Shown here in pieces: positions 1-9,262 of a stretch of DNA of 64,000 bases. Numbering within the stretch: position 1 is the first letter of the stretch; each line of letters opens with the position of its first letter. The DNA comes from Gemmatimonadales bacterium (lineage in GTDB: Bacteria; Gemmatimonadota; Gemmatimonadetes; Gemmatimonadales; GWC2-71-9), in assembly GCA_041577295.1 (NCBI GenBank), contig JBFGJG010000022.1, positions 1 through 64,000 on the forward strand, given 5' to 3'. Made by a program: the position numbers and the translations under genes. Below the pieces are notes generated by a model. It was not told where the DNA came from, ran no database searches, and was given only the letters and a program-made list of their open reading frames with translations.

Positions 1-1
1 A

Positions 2-580
2 AAGGACCACGATCTGCTGGAACCCCTCGACAAACTCGCCGTAGCCAGACGAGAAGCACTATCCCCTGCTCTGCGTCTCGAGAACGAGCTCCACCCCATC
101 GTTGCCTATCTCGTGATGCCGCTGTTTGCCCTCGCCAACGCCGGCGTCGATCTGCGGGGCATCGACACTTCGGAACCTGCCTTCGCTACCGTCACCACCG
201 GCATCGTACTCGGACTGGTCGTCGGGAAACCACTTGGGGTGATGATCGCCAGTTGGGTGGTCGTACGTCTCGATATGGCTCGGTTGCCGGATGGGGTGAC
301 GTGGCGTGGGCTCCTCGTCGTGGGGATGGTGGCGGGAATCGGCTTCACCATGGCGATTTTTATCGCACAGCTCGCCTTTAGCGATCCTACCCAGCTCGGG
401 ATCGCCAAGTTGGCCGTGCTGATCGCCAGCGGAGTTGCGGGCACCGCCGCGTTCGTGTTTGGCCGGTTTTTCCTCCCCCTCGCGCAACCTGCGAGCGTCG
501 CCAAGATGTCACCGGGTGACGTCGAAGCATCGCGGGAGTATTGGGCAGGGAGTGGAGCACCGACCGCGAGCGGGGAGTAG
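2..580 (+). CDS. nhaA: Na+/H+ antiporter NhaA, C-terminal part (5' truncated by window edge)
   Basis: Frame open from position 2; reads SPALRLENELHPIVAYLVMPLFALANAGV, GLVVGKPLGV, AGIGFTMAIFIA, all NhaA signatures. Confidence 0.93.
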   Translation, partial: KDHDLLEPLDKLAVARREALSPALRLENELHPIVAYLVMPLFALANAGVDLRGIDTSEPAFATVTTGIVLGLVVGKPLGVMIASWVVVRLDMARLPDGVTWRGLLVVGMVAGIGFTMAIFIAQLAFSDPTQLGIAKLAVLIASGVAGTAAFVFGRFFLPLAQPASVAKMSPGDVEASREYWAGSGAPTASGE

Positions 581-718
581 TGAGCCGGGATCCGGGAGCC
601 GAGAAAGATGCTCCGTTCCGTAGCGAGCGTCAGTGAGCGGTGGTCGGGCTGGGGAACTCTCCTGCGCACCAGCGAGCTCGCGAAGCAACGCGTCGACCAC
701 CTTACTCACCACCAACCC

Positions 719-3037
719 CTACTCTCCGCGCTCATTGCCCAACGCCGCCCGTACGAGCTCGTTCACCATCTGCGGGTCGGCTCGGCCACGGGTTTCCTTC
801 ATGACCTGCCCCACGAAGAACCCGAGTAGACCCTCCCTGCCGTTGCGGTACTCCACCACCTTATCGGGATAGGCTTCGAGCACTTTCGTCACTAAGGGCT
901 GCACAACGCTCGTGTCGTCAACCCGCTCGAGACCCAAGCGCTTGACGATCGCTGCTGGATCACCACCGGACCGCACCATTTCCGCCAGCACGCGCTTCGC
1001 CGCGGGACGCGAGATCGTGCCTCGCTCCACCAGCGCGACCAACGAACCAACCGCCGTACCGGTGATCGGCAGATCCGCCACCGCGCGGCCCCTGGACTCT
1101 CGTACCAGTTCGTTGGTTACCCAGCTCGCGACCGCTTTTGGATCATCATACGCGCCGAGCGCTTCGGTGAAGACCGCTGCGACGGCTGGGTCGCTGTCCA
1201 ATACCGTGGCTTGATCCGGAGGCAGCCCGAAGCGATCGAACGCGGTCGACGCTACCGCCGCCGTTTCAGGCTGCGTGGCTTTGCTCGGCGAGGCCGGTTT
1301 GTCACCCAGGCGGCGCCGAGTGCGACCCGGAGCCGACCGGGCTTGCTGCTCTTGCTTGGCCCAAGTATCGCGCAACGTGACCGTTCGATTGAACACGAGC
1401 GCTCCGGGGTGCGAGTCCACGAAGTCGCTGCAGAAGAACCCCTGCCGCTCAAACTGATATCGCGTCCCTGGTGGATCATCGGCCACACTGGGCTCGATCT
1501 TGCTCCGGCGCATGACTCGGAGCGAATCCGGATTCAACGAATCAATGAAATGTCCCTCATCGACGTCATCGGGATTGGCCTTCGTAAACAACCGGTCGTA
1601 AAGTCGTGTCTCACATGGAAGGGCATGCGTCGCGGACACCCAGTGGATGGTCCCTTTCACCTTGCGACCGTCTGGAGCGTTCCCCCCCTTCGTGGCCGGA
1701 TCGTATGTGCAGTGGAGTTCGAGGATCTCTCCCGTCTCGGGATCGCGTACGACGTCAACGCACTTGATGAAGTAGGCGTACCGGAGACGGACCTCGCGCC
1801 CTGGCGCCAGGCGAAAGAACCCCTTGGGGGGATCCTCGCGAAAGTCGGCACGTTCGATGTATAACTCTCGTGAGAACGGAACGGCGCGTGATCCCTCCTT
1901 CGCTATATCTCGCGGATAGTAAGGGGCATCGAGCTGTTCGGTCCTTCCTTCCGGATAGTTCGCGATCACCACCTTGAGCGGGTCGATCACACACATGACC
2001 CTTGGCACTCGTGCATTCAAATCATCTCGTATGCAGTACTCGAGCTTTTCGATGTCGACGCGACTGTCGACCTTCGCGACCCCGATCAGCTCCGCAAACT
2101 TGCGAATCGCCTCTGGTGTCACCCCGCGCCGCCGAAGCCCCGCGATGGTGGGCATGCGGGGATCGTCCCACCCTGCCACATGGCCGCTGCGCACCAACTC
2201 CACCAGCTTGCGTTTGGAAAGCACCGTGTAATCGAGGTTGAGGCGAGCGAACTCGATTTGCTGTGGATGACAATCGACCAGGGTCTCATCCAGCACCCAG
2301 TCGTACAGCTCCCGGTTGTCCTTGAACTCGAGTGTGCACAACGAGTGGGTGATTCCCTCGATCGAATCCGAGAGGCAATGCGTGAAGTCGTATAGCGGGT
2401 AGATGCACCAGGTGTCACCACGGCGGTAATGCGAGGCATGGCGAATGCGGTAGAGCAAGGGGTCGCGCATCAGCATATTGGGGTGCGCCATGTCGATCTT
2501 CGCACGTAACACGTGCGCACCGTCGGGGAACTCACCATCCCGCATCCGCCTGAAGAGATCCACGTTCTCCTCCACAGACCGGTCGCGGAATGGACTAGCC
2601 CGCCCCGGTGTGGTCACCGTTCCTCGGAACTCGCGAATCTCCTCCTCGCTCGAGCTGTCGACGTAAGCCTTCCCCCGCTTGATGAGGACGACTGCGTAGT
2701 CGTAGAGCCGCTCGAAGTAGTCTGATGCAAAAAACATTCGACCAGCCCAGGCAAATCCCAACCACGCGACGTCACGCTGAATGGACTCGACGTACCGCAT
2801 CTCCTCGGTCAGCGGATTCGTGTCGTCAAAGCGGAGATGGCAGACCCCACCAAACTCCGCCGCGATGCCGAAGTTGAGACAGATCGATTTCGCGTGGCCG
2901 ATGTGGAGATATCCGTTTGGCTCGGGGGGAAACCGCGTCACCACATTGCCCGCATGCTTCCCGGCCTGGACGTCCGCCGTGACAATCGTCCGGATGAAAT
3001 CGGTTCCGCTGCTGGTGAGCTTCTCAGTTCCCGTCAT
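719..3037 (-). CDS. glnS: Glutaminyl-tRNA synthetase with C-terminal GatB/YqeY domain
   Basis: [40 protein letters not shown]-terminus [19 protein letters not shown] is GatB/YqeY-like. Confidence 0.97.
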   Translation of the reverse strand: MTGTEKLTSSGTDFIRTIVTADVQAGKHAGNVVTRFPPEPNGYLHIGHAKSICLNFGIAAEFGGVCHLRFDDTNPLTEEMRYVESIQRDVAWLGFAWAGRMFFASDYFERLYDYAVVLIKRGKAYVDSSSEEEIREFRGTVTTPGRASPFRDRSVEENVDLFRRMRDGEFPDGAHVLRAKIDMAHPNMLMRDPLLYRIRHASHYRRGDTWCIYPLYDFTHCLSDSIEGITHSLCTLEFKDNRELYDWVLDETLVDCHPQQIEFARLNLDYTVLSKRKLVELVRSGHVAGWDDPRMPTIAGLRRRGVTPEAIRKFAELIGVAKVDSRVDIEKLEYCIRDDLNARVPRVMCVIDPLKVVIANYPEGRTEQLDAPYYPRDIAKEGSRAVPFSRELYIERADFREDPPKGFFRLAPGREVRLRYAYFIKCVDVVRDPETGEILELHCTYDPATKGGNAPDGRKVKGTIHWVSATHALPCETRLYDRLFTKANPDDVDEGHFIDSLNPDSLRVMRRSKIEPSVADDPPGTRYQFERQGFFCSDFVDSHPGALVFNRTVTLRDTWAKQEQQARSAPGRTRRRLGDKPASPSKATQPETAAVASTAFDRFGLPPDQATVLDSDPAVAAVFTEALGAYDDPKAVASWVTNELVRESRGRAVADLPITGTAVGSLVALVERGTISRPAAKRVLAEMVRSGGDPAAIVKRLGLERVDDTSVVQPLVTKVLEAYPDKVVEYRNGREGLLGFFVGQVMKETRGRADPQMVNELVRAALGNERGE

Positions 3038-3039
3038 AC

Positions 3040-3132
3040 AGTGAGATAGTCAGGAGTGAGGCGTAGTACGGTGAGGAGTGGGCCGTGTCGGGCGGGAGAT
3101 GGCACCCCTCACCCCTTACTCTTCACCCCTCA
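3040..3132. repeat. Opposed arrays of degenerate 7-nt tandem repeats
   Basis: 3105-3132 CCCCTCA CCCCTTA CTCTTCA CCCCTCA; complementary GTGAG-rich run at 3040-3082. Confidence 0.7.
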
Positions 3133-3178
3133 CTGCAGTACCCCTAACTTACCCGGCCCGGCAAGGCCCTCGCGCCGG

Positions 3179-3207
3179 TTGACCCCCTTCCCGGGGTTCC
3201 GTAGGTT
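3179..3207 (+). promoter_or_regulatory. Sigma70-like promoter for tRNA-Ser/gltX
   Basis: TTGACC (3179-3184), 17 bp, TAGGTT (3202-3207), 13 nt before the tRNA. Confidence 0.7.
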
Positions 3208-3220
3208 TCGACCGCCGCAA

Positions 3221-3310
3221 GGAGAGGTGGCCGAGTGGCTGAAGGCGGCGGTTTGCTAAACCGTTATAGGGTTTAAAGCCCTATCGGGGGTTCGAATCCC
3301 CCCCTCTCCG
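3221..3310 (+). tRNA. tRNA-Ser(GCT)
   Basis: Acceptor GGAGAGG/CCTCTCC+G, anticodon arm GCGGT-TTGCTAA-ACCGT, long variable arm, GTTCGAATCC T-loop; CCA not encoded. Confidence 0.97.
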
Positions 3311-3327
3311 TCAAATCTCATCCGAGC

Positions 3328-4644
3328 ATGACTCAAGTCCGCGTACGGTTTGCCCCCTCCCCAACGGGGTATTTGCACGTCGGGGGCGCCAGAACCGCGC
3401 TCTTCAACTGGCTGCACGCGCGCCACGTCGGTGGGGCCTTCCTGTTGCGCATCGAGGACACCGATAGAGAGCGCTCGACCGAGCCAGCAGTCCGGGCCAT
3501 CCTCGACGGGCTCGCATGGTTGGGCCTGGACTGGGACGAAGACTTGGTGTTCCAGAGCGCGCGGCTGGACCGCCACCAGGCGCTCGCCAAGCAACTGGTC
3601 GACGATGGCAAGGCCTACGATCACGATGGCGCGATTCGCTTTCGCATGCCAAAGATCGAGCTTGCCTGGGAGGATGCGGTCTACGGCCCGATCAGCTTCC
3701 AGGGGCGCGACCTGGTCGATTGGGTGATCCTCCGCTCTGACGGCAGCCCCACGTACAACTTCAGCGTCGTCGTAGACGATATCGACATGGCCATTACCTT
3801 GGTCATGCGTGGTGACGACCACATCTCCAACACACCAAAGCAGATCGCCGTGTACCAGGCGCTCGGGTACGAGGCACCCGCCTTCGCCCACGTACCAATG
3901 ATCCACGGAATGGATGGCAAGAAGCTCTCGAAACGTCACGGCGCGACGGCGGTCAGCGACTATCAACACTTGGGTATCCTCCCCGGGGCCATGCGAAACT
4001 TCCTCGCACTGCTCGGCTGGAACCCCGGGGGCGACCGGGAGCTGTTCTTCGACTCGCGCGAGTTGGTCGACGTGTTCACACTCGAGCGCATTCAGAAGAA
4101 GAGCGCCATCTTCGACCTGACCAAGCTCGAATGGCTGAATGGACAGCACCTGAGCCACCTGCCATCCGACCAGCTTCTCCCGCTCATCGTGCCGCGCCTC
4201 ACCGAGAAAGGCGTCGATGGCAGTGCGGTTGATCGCGACCACCTGCTCAGGATCGTGGAGATTGTGCGCGAGCGCTCGCGGACGACGCTCTTCCTCGCCG
4301 ACCAGGTGGCCGTGCGTCTCGATCGGAGGTTCGTTGAGCTGGATCAGAAGGCACTGGCAACGATTGCGAAGGACCGCGAGGGCTACGTGCGGGCGCTGAC
4401 GGCGGTACACCAGCATCTGTCCACCATCGACGGGGCCGGGTGGGAAGCGGAGAATCTCGAGGGGACGCTCCGAAGCGTGGCACAGGAAATGGGGGTCGGT
4501 GCCGGGAAGGTATTTCAACCTGTCCGTATCGCCCTCACCGGCACCACCGTATCGGAACCCGTGAACGTGCTCCTCTCGCTCGTGGGAAGAGACGAGAGCT
4601 TGGGACGACTGCAACGCGCGATCGAAGGTGTGAGGGTGAACTGA
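3328..4644 (+). CDS. gltX: Glutamyl-tRNA synthetase (short form lacking the Zn-binding segment)
   Basis: RFAPSPTGYLHVGG, RIEDTD, RGDDHISNTPKQ, KLSKRHG. Confidence 0.97.
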   Translation: MTQVRVRFAPSPTGYLHVGGARTALFNWLHARHVGGAFLLRIEDTDRERSTEPAVRAILDGLAWLGLDWDEDLVFQSARLDRHQALAKQLVDDGKAYDHDGAIRFRMPKIELAWEDAVYGPISFQGRDLVDWVILRSDGSPTYNFSVVVDDIDMAITLVMRGDDHISNTPKQIAVYQALGYEAPAFAHVPMIHGMDGKKLSKRHGATAVSDYQHLGILPGAMRNFLALLGWNPGGDRELFFDSRELVDVFTLERIQKKSAIFDLTKLEWLNGQHLSHLPSDQLLPLIVPRLTEKGVDGSAVDRDHLLRIVEIVRERSRTTLFLADQVAVRLDRRFVELDQKALATIAKDREGYVRALTAVHQHLSTIDGAGWEAENLEGTLRSVAQEMGVGAGKVFQPVRIALTGTTVSEPVNVLLSLVGRDESLGRLQRAIEGVRVN

Positions 4645-4657
4645 GATAAGGAAAACC

Positions 4658-4685
4658 CCGCTTACTGCTCACTGCGTACTGGTCA
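4658..4685. repeat. Four tandem degenerate heptamers between convergent genes
   Basis: CCGCTTA CTGCTCA CTGCGTA CTGGTCA. Confidence 0.7.
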
Positions 4686-4705
4686 CAGATTATGGAGCGG
4701 ATGGA

Positions 4706-5578
4706 CTAGGGAATGACGGTATCGCGTGCCGCGGCCTCCCTGCGCGCGCGTTCAGCATCCCGTTCCTGTTGTTTTCGACGCCGCACCTGTTCCACGTAAT
4801 CCTTGAAATCTTCGGCATTCTCTGACGCTCGCGCGGCGCGGATGATGTCAGCGCGGATGCGCATGAGTTCCTGTTCGGCCTTAGCCTCGTAGTAGTTGCC
4901 CTGAGGAAACGGAAGGAGCGCGAGCAACGCGGAGGGGAGCTTGATGTCTCCCAGATAGATCCACTGGCCGTCCACTCCCCACGTCTCGCCATCCACTTCG
5001 GACGTCCACGGGCGATCTGTCCGCGGCGTCGCAAAGCTGTCCGCCGGCATGCTGTCGATGTACGCCACGATCTTCGCGCGGAGGGCACTGTCCACACGTG
5101 CCACGTGCGCCGCCACACTCGGCGACGGCCCCACAATCCCCAGCTCCGCTTCCAGTGGTCGAACCCATACACGTCCCTCGCCGAAAGCCGGGCCGATTAC
5201 CCGATCCGTTCCGATCACCATGGCGCTGTCGCCGGAGGGAAAAGCGGGGATCCCGATTGGGACCTCGCGTGGCGCCTCGACCGTGGCCACCCTCGTAGTA
5301 TCGGGGCTGCGCACTGGACGCACTCTTGGGCGGGATACGACGGGCGGTGGCGTTTCAGGTTGGGCGGTGGGTGGGACCGGCACCGGCAGAGCGAACTCCC
5401 GCGCGGTGGGCGGTTCCAGCTCTATTAATTGAATAAGGGTGGGGCGCGTGCGCTCGAGATAGCTCCGGCCCGCGCTCAGCCCGATGAACCCGAGAAGCAC
5501 GACGTGGAGCGCGATGGACGCGATGGTCCACCAGGGACGCGCGCGCTCCGGCGAGGGGAGCAGAAACCTACGGGACAC
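4706..5578 (-). CDS. Membrane-anchored hypothetical protein with TonB/TolA-like anchor and Pro-rich linker
   Basis: TM ASIALHVVLL (SxxxH), Pro-rich linker, charged helical C-terminus; GTG start overlaps upstream stop by 11 nt. Confidence 0.7.
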   Translation of the reverse strand: MSRRFLLPSPERARPWWTIASIALHVVLLGFIGLSAGRSYLERTRPTLIQLIELEPPTAREFALPVPVPPTAQPETPPPVVSRPRVRPVRSPDTTRVATVEAPREVPIGIPAFPSGDSAMVIGTDRVIGPAFGEGRVWVRPLEAELGIVGPSPSVAAHVARVDSALRAKIVAYIDSMPADSFATPRTDRPWTSEVDGETWGVDGQWIYLGDIKLPSALLALLPFPQGNYYEAKAEQELMRIRADIIRAARASENAEDFKDYVEQVRRRKQQERDAERARREAAARDTVIP

Positions 5579-6755
5579 CCACGCCTCCCAACCGCCCGAT
5601 GGTCCTGGCAACCCTCATCCCCGCCTCGCGGAGGCGGTCTGGCTCGACCGTCAGCGCTATGCGAAAGAAACCTTCCCCTCCCATGCCAAACGCGGAGCCT
5701 GGTACCACCACGACGCCCTCATCCTGCAGCAAGGCACGGCCAAAGTCAGCGGACGGTCGCCCGCCAGGCACGGGCGCCCACACGTACATGGTCGCCGGCG
5801 GGGGCGAGATGGCCAATCCCGCGTCGCGCAGCGCTCCGACACAGGCATCACGCCGCTCCACGAGACACTGACGCATCCGCGTTATCAAGCCGTCGGCCGC
5901 ATCCAACACGCGTGCGCCCGCGTACTGCACCGCCAAAAAGGGTCCGGTATCCACGAAGTCTTTTACCCGCGACAGGGCTCGAATGAGTCCAGCGCCTCCA
6001 ACGGCCCATCCCAAACGCCACCCTGTCATCCCAAAACTCTTGGATAGTGAGTGGAACTCGATCGCGACCTCGCGAGCGCCGTCGATCTGCAGAATGCTGG
6101 GTGCTTGGTAACCGTCGAACGTGAGCTCGCAGTAGGGATTGTCGAAGGCAAGAACGACGTCGTGTTGGTGACACAGCGCGACCATGCGCTCCAGGTAGTC
6201 CCGGGGGGCCACCGCGGTGGTGGGGTTGTTGGGATAGTTGAGAAACACGAGCCGTGTACGGCGCAGCCGCTCCACGGGGAGATCTTCGAGGTTGAGCAAG
6301 AAATTGTCCTGAGCGCGTAAGGCCATGAGCTCAATATCCGTCCCCGCCAGCACGGCCCCGCCGATATACGGCGGGTATCCAGGTTCCGGCAGGACACAAA
6401 CGTCGCCTGGCTCCGTTACGGCAAACGGCAAGTGCGCGAGTCCCTCCTTCGATCCCAGCAGCGGGAGCACTTCGCTGACGGGATCTACCTCGACACCAAG
6501 TCGCCGCCGCATGTAGCGAGCGATGGCCTCGCGAAACGCCATCAAACCGTGTTGGAATCCGTACCGGCTCATCCGCCGGTCCGCCATCGCCTCCTGTAAC
6601 GCATCGACCGCTTCTTGGGGTGGCGCAAAGTCGCCATCTCCCACGCTGAGATCGATGACGTCACGTCCCTCGGCCACCATGCGCCGCTTGGCGGCGGCCA
6701 ACTCCGCAACGGCGTACGCGGGAAGTCGGGAAAGGCGAGAACTCACCCGGGTCAC
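5568..6755 (-). CDS. PLP-dependent class I/II aminotransferase (LL-diaminopimelate aminotransferase-like)
   Basis: LLGSKEGLAH, LNYPNNPT, EFHSLSKSFGMTGWRLG (PLP Lys); GTGA overlap with the upstream helicase stop. Confidence 0.9.
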   Translation of the reverse strand: MTRVSSRLSRLPAYAVAELAAAKRRMVAEGRDVIDLSVGDGDFAPPQEAVDALQEAMADRRMSRYGFQHGLMAFREAIARYMRRRLGVEVDPVSEVLPLLGSKEGLAHLPFAVTEPGDVCVLPEPGYPPYIGGAVLAGTDIELMALRAQDNFLLNLEDLPVERLRRTRLVFLNYPNNPTTAVAPRDYLERMVALCHQHDVVLAFDNPYCELTFDGYQAPSILQIDGAREVAIEFHSLSKSFGMTGWRLGWAVGGAGLIRALSRVKDFVDTGPFLAVQYAGARVLDAADGLITRMRQCLVERRDACVGALRDAGLAISPPPATMYVWAPVPGGRPSADFGRALLQDEGVVVVPGSAFGMGGEGFFRIALTVEPDRLREAGMRVARTIGRLGGVGVP

Positions 6756-9262
6756 GTCAGCGCACCGATTCCGTGACGGGCAAAGAAGTCTTCGACTTCC
6801 GCACGCACCTGTGACCACGGTCCGACCACCCGTGTTGCCGGCGGCAGGGTGTCGAGTAGCACCTGTCCGTACGGTCGGCTCACAATGCGCCGATCCATGA
6901 GTACGACGGCTCCAAGGTCAGTTCGCGTGCGAATCAAACGGCCAAACCCCTGTTTCAGCTTCAAGGCCGCAAGCGGCAACAAATAATTCGTAAACCCGTC
7001 GAGGCCGCGCTGTGTCAAGGCTTCGACCCGCGCCGCCGTGAGAGGTTCCGTAGGGACTTTGAAGGGTAGCTTCGCGAGCACCAAGACCCGAAGCGACGGC
7101 CCTGGCACGTCGACACCTTCCCAGAAGCTATCCGTTCCAAGCAGCACCGCGTTGCCCGCTTCACGAAAACGGCGGAGCAAGTGGTCCCGCTGACCTTCTC
7201 CTTGAATCAACAACGGCCACCGCCCACCGATAGTCCCCCGCAACTTTCCAGCCGCACGGCGCAACGCCGCGTGGCTCGTAAACAACCCAAACACGCCACC
7301 GTCCGACGCGTGCGCCAGCTCTGCCACCGCCCGAGCGACTGCATGATCATGCCCCTGCTCGTCGCTCCGCGGATCGGGCACATCCGTGGGCACTGCGAAG
7401 ACACACTGCTGGCCATAGTCGAACGGCGAGGGAAGCCGCTCTGCGTAGCGCACGGGATCCGGTGGTGCGGAGAGGCCCACCCGATCTGACAAGAAGCGAA
7501 AATCGCCACCGGCGGCGAGGGTTGCACTCGTCAGCACCACGGTATCGACGCGATCGAATAGGGCATCGCGCAGGATGGGCGCGAGATCCAGAGGAACGGC
7601 CGACAATGCGAGTGGAAAGGGGAGCGTGCCGGTTGGTCGCTCACCCCGTCTCTCGAGCCAACGGACGAGCGCGACGCCGGCTTGTGGCCGCAAGGTGAGC
7701 AGCACCCCGTCGACAACCGTTTGCAGCCGCCGCACGACACCACGCAGCTCCTGCAACAGCTGCGAGCGCCGATCAGGTTCCGCGTCCATTTCGAGCCGAT
7801 CCGCCACCGTCTCGACTCCCTCCCGCAGCCGATTGAAACCGACCACCATGTTGTCCACCGCTACGCCAAGCCCTTCTCCCCAGACAGGCGCCGCGGCGAA
7901 CGAATCGTCCAGTCGGAGCACATGCGTCTTACTGGCGGTGAGCACGTCCGCCAGGTGTCGGAAGACGCGGTCGGCGTATTCGCGTGCCTCGCCGACGGCG
8001 GGGAGCAGTGCGTGTCGCAAGAGCTCGACAGAGGCCTGGCTGAGCATGTCTTCTTGCAGGCGCAAGTCGTTCAACATGGTCGGAATCAACCCGCGACCGT
8101 TACGCTCCAAGCGCGCGAGGAGTCGAGCGACACCCCGGGTACTCACCTGGCTCCCGAGATGATGCGCCGCGGTGTCCTCGAGATGATGGGCCTCATCCAG
8201 GATCAGCCGGCGGTACGGCGGCAAAACGGCAGCGTCCTGCCAATTCTCCTGTACCCGGCGAATTGCAAGGTCCGCGGCAAGAAGATGATGGTTAACCACC
8301 ACCACGTCCGCGTCCGCGGCGTGCCGCCTCGCCTCGAACACGAAGCAGCGATCGAAGTGCGGGCACTCGAGCCGTGTGCACAGGTCAGCTTCGGCACTGA
8401 TTTCGTCCCACACCTCAGGCGCCGGCGGATCGGGAAGGTCTGCGAGTGATCCATCCCGGGTCTTGCCGGCCCAATCCACTAGTGCCGCGAGCTCTCTGTG
8501 CTTCTCGGGCTCGAGCAGCGAGGCCTGTCCACTTTCCGCTAGGCTTAGCCGAGCGAGACACACATAGTTCCGCCACCCCTTGAGCAGTGCGAAGGTGGGC
8601 CGCTTCTCACCATCACCGAACACCCTCGCTAGTAACGGGAGATCCTTTCCAACGAGCTGCTCCTGGAGGTTGATCGTGTTGGTCGACACTACGGACCGCT
8701 CGCCATTCAGCCAGGCCCACTGGATGGCAGGGATCAAGTAAGCATACGATTTGCCAACTCCTGTTCCCGCCTCGAGCAGGGAGATACCACCATCGTTGTA
8801 GGTATCGGCGACGTATGCCGCCATATCGCGCTGGCTGGGACGGTCTTCGAACACGGGAACAATGCGCGCCACAGGGCCGTCGGGCCCGAGCTTGTCAGCC
8901 GTCTCCACGGGATCGAGCATGCGATACTCTCGCGTCCGTGGAACCTCCACCACGACATACAGCTGCGTGGCGTCATTGTTGATGATGCCGAAGCCAATGC
9001 CGCCATCGTACAGCCGCGCGGCAACGTGGAGATCCGCGGACGATGGCTCGAGCACCCCGCTGGGATGATTGTGCAGCACCATCTCTCCCCGCTGCGCAAC
9101 CCCCGGGAGCGCCAAGACCGCATCCACCGTCCCACGTGCCACGGTGCGCACGGCCACAATGCCACCGTCGTCGATTTCCGCGACGAACGACACCTCCCTG
9201 CCCCCGGCCGCCTCGATCTCAGCAGCCAGGTGCGCCTGGACTTCTGGTCTGACCTCGGTCAC
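6752..9262 (-). CDS. DinG/XPD-family helicase with N-terminal JAB (RadC-like) domain
   Basis: JAB motif HNHPSGVLEPSSAD; Walker A EAGTGVGKS; DEAH; Fe-S-type Cys residues; FWEGVDVPG; KQGFGRLIR. Confidence 0.92.
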   Translation of the reverse strand: MTEVRPEVQAHLAAEIEAAGGREVSFVAEIDDGGIVAVRTVARGTVDAVLALPGVAQRGEMVLHNHPSGVLEPSSADLHVAARLYDGGIGFGIINNDATQLYVVVEVPRTREYRMLDPVETADKLGPDGPVARIVPVFEDRPSQRDMAAYVADTYNDGGISLLEAGTGVGKSYAYLIPAIQWAWLNGERSVVSTNTINLQEQLVGKDLPLLARVFGDGEKRPTFALLKGWRNYVCLARLSLAESGQASLLEPEKHRELAALVDWAGKTRDGSLADLPDPPAPEVWDEISAEADLCTRLECPHFDRCFVFEARRHAADADVVVVNHHLLAADLAIRRVQENWQDAAVLPPYRRLILDEAHHLEDTAAHHLGSQVSTRGVARLLARLERNGRGLIPTMLNDLRLQEDMLSQASVELLRHALLPAVGEAREYADRVFRHLADVLTASKTHVLRLDDSFAAAPVWGEGLGVAVDNMVVGFNRLREGVETVADRLEMDAEPDRRSQLLQELRGVVRRLQTVVDGVLLTLRPQAGVALVRWLERRGERPTGTLPFPLALSAVPLDLAPILRDALFDRVDTVVLTSATLAAGGDFRFLSDRVGLSAPPDPVRYAERLPSPFDYGQQCVFAVPTDVPDPRSDEQGHDHAVARAVAELAHASDGGVFGLFTSHAALRRAAGKLRGTIGGRWPLLIQGEGQRDHLLRRFREAGNAVLLGTDSFWEGVDVPGPSLRVLVLAKLPFKVPTEPLTAARVEALTQRGLDGFTNYLLPLAALKLKQGFGRLIRTRTDLGAVVLMDRRIVSRPYGQVLLDTLPPATRVVGPWSQVRAEVEDFFARHGIGALT

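Noticed and set aside
3193..3213. GGGGTTCCGTAGGTTTCGAC resembles a tmRNA 5' end
   Set aside because: It overlaps the spacer and -10 of a well-spaced promoter and runs straight into tRNA-Ser; no tmRNA body or 3' end follows
3256..4614. Long antisense ORFs (also 25280-26926, 26995-28410, 38992-39981, 40109-41170)
   Set aside because: Shadow frames opposite well-supported genes, expected at high GC; no family motifs
6752..9262. DinG as part of a type IV CRISPR or defence system
   Set aside because: No csf/cas genes or array; the gene sits in a housekeeping-type operon
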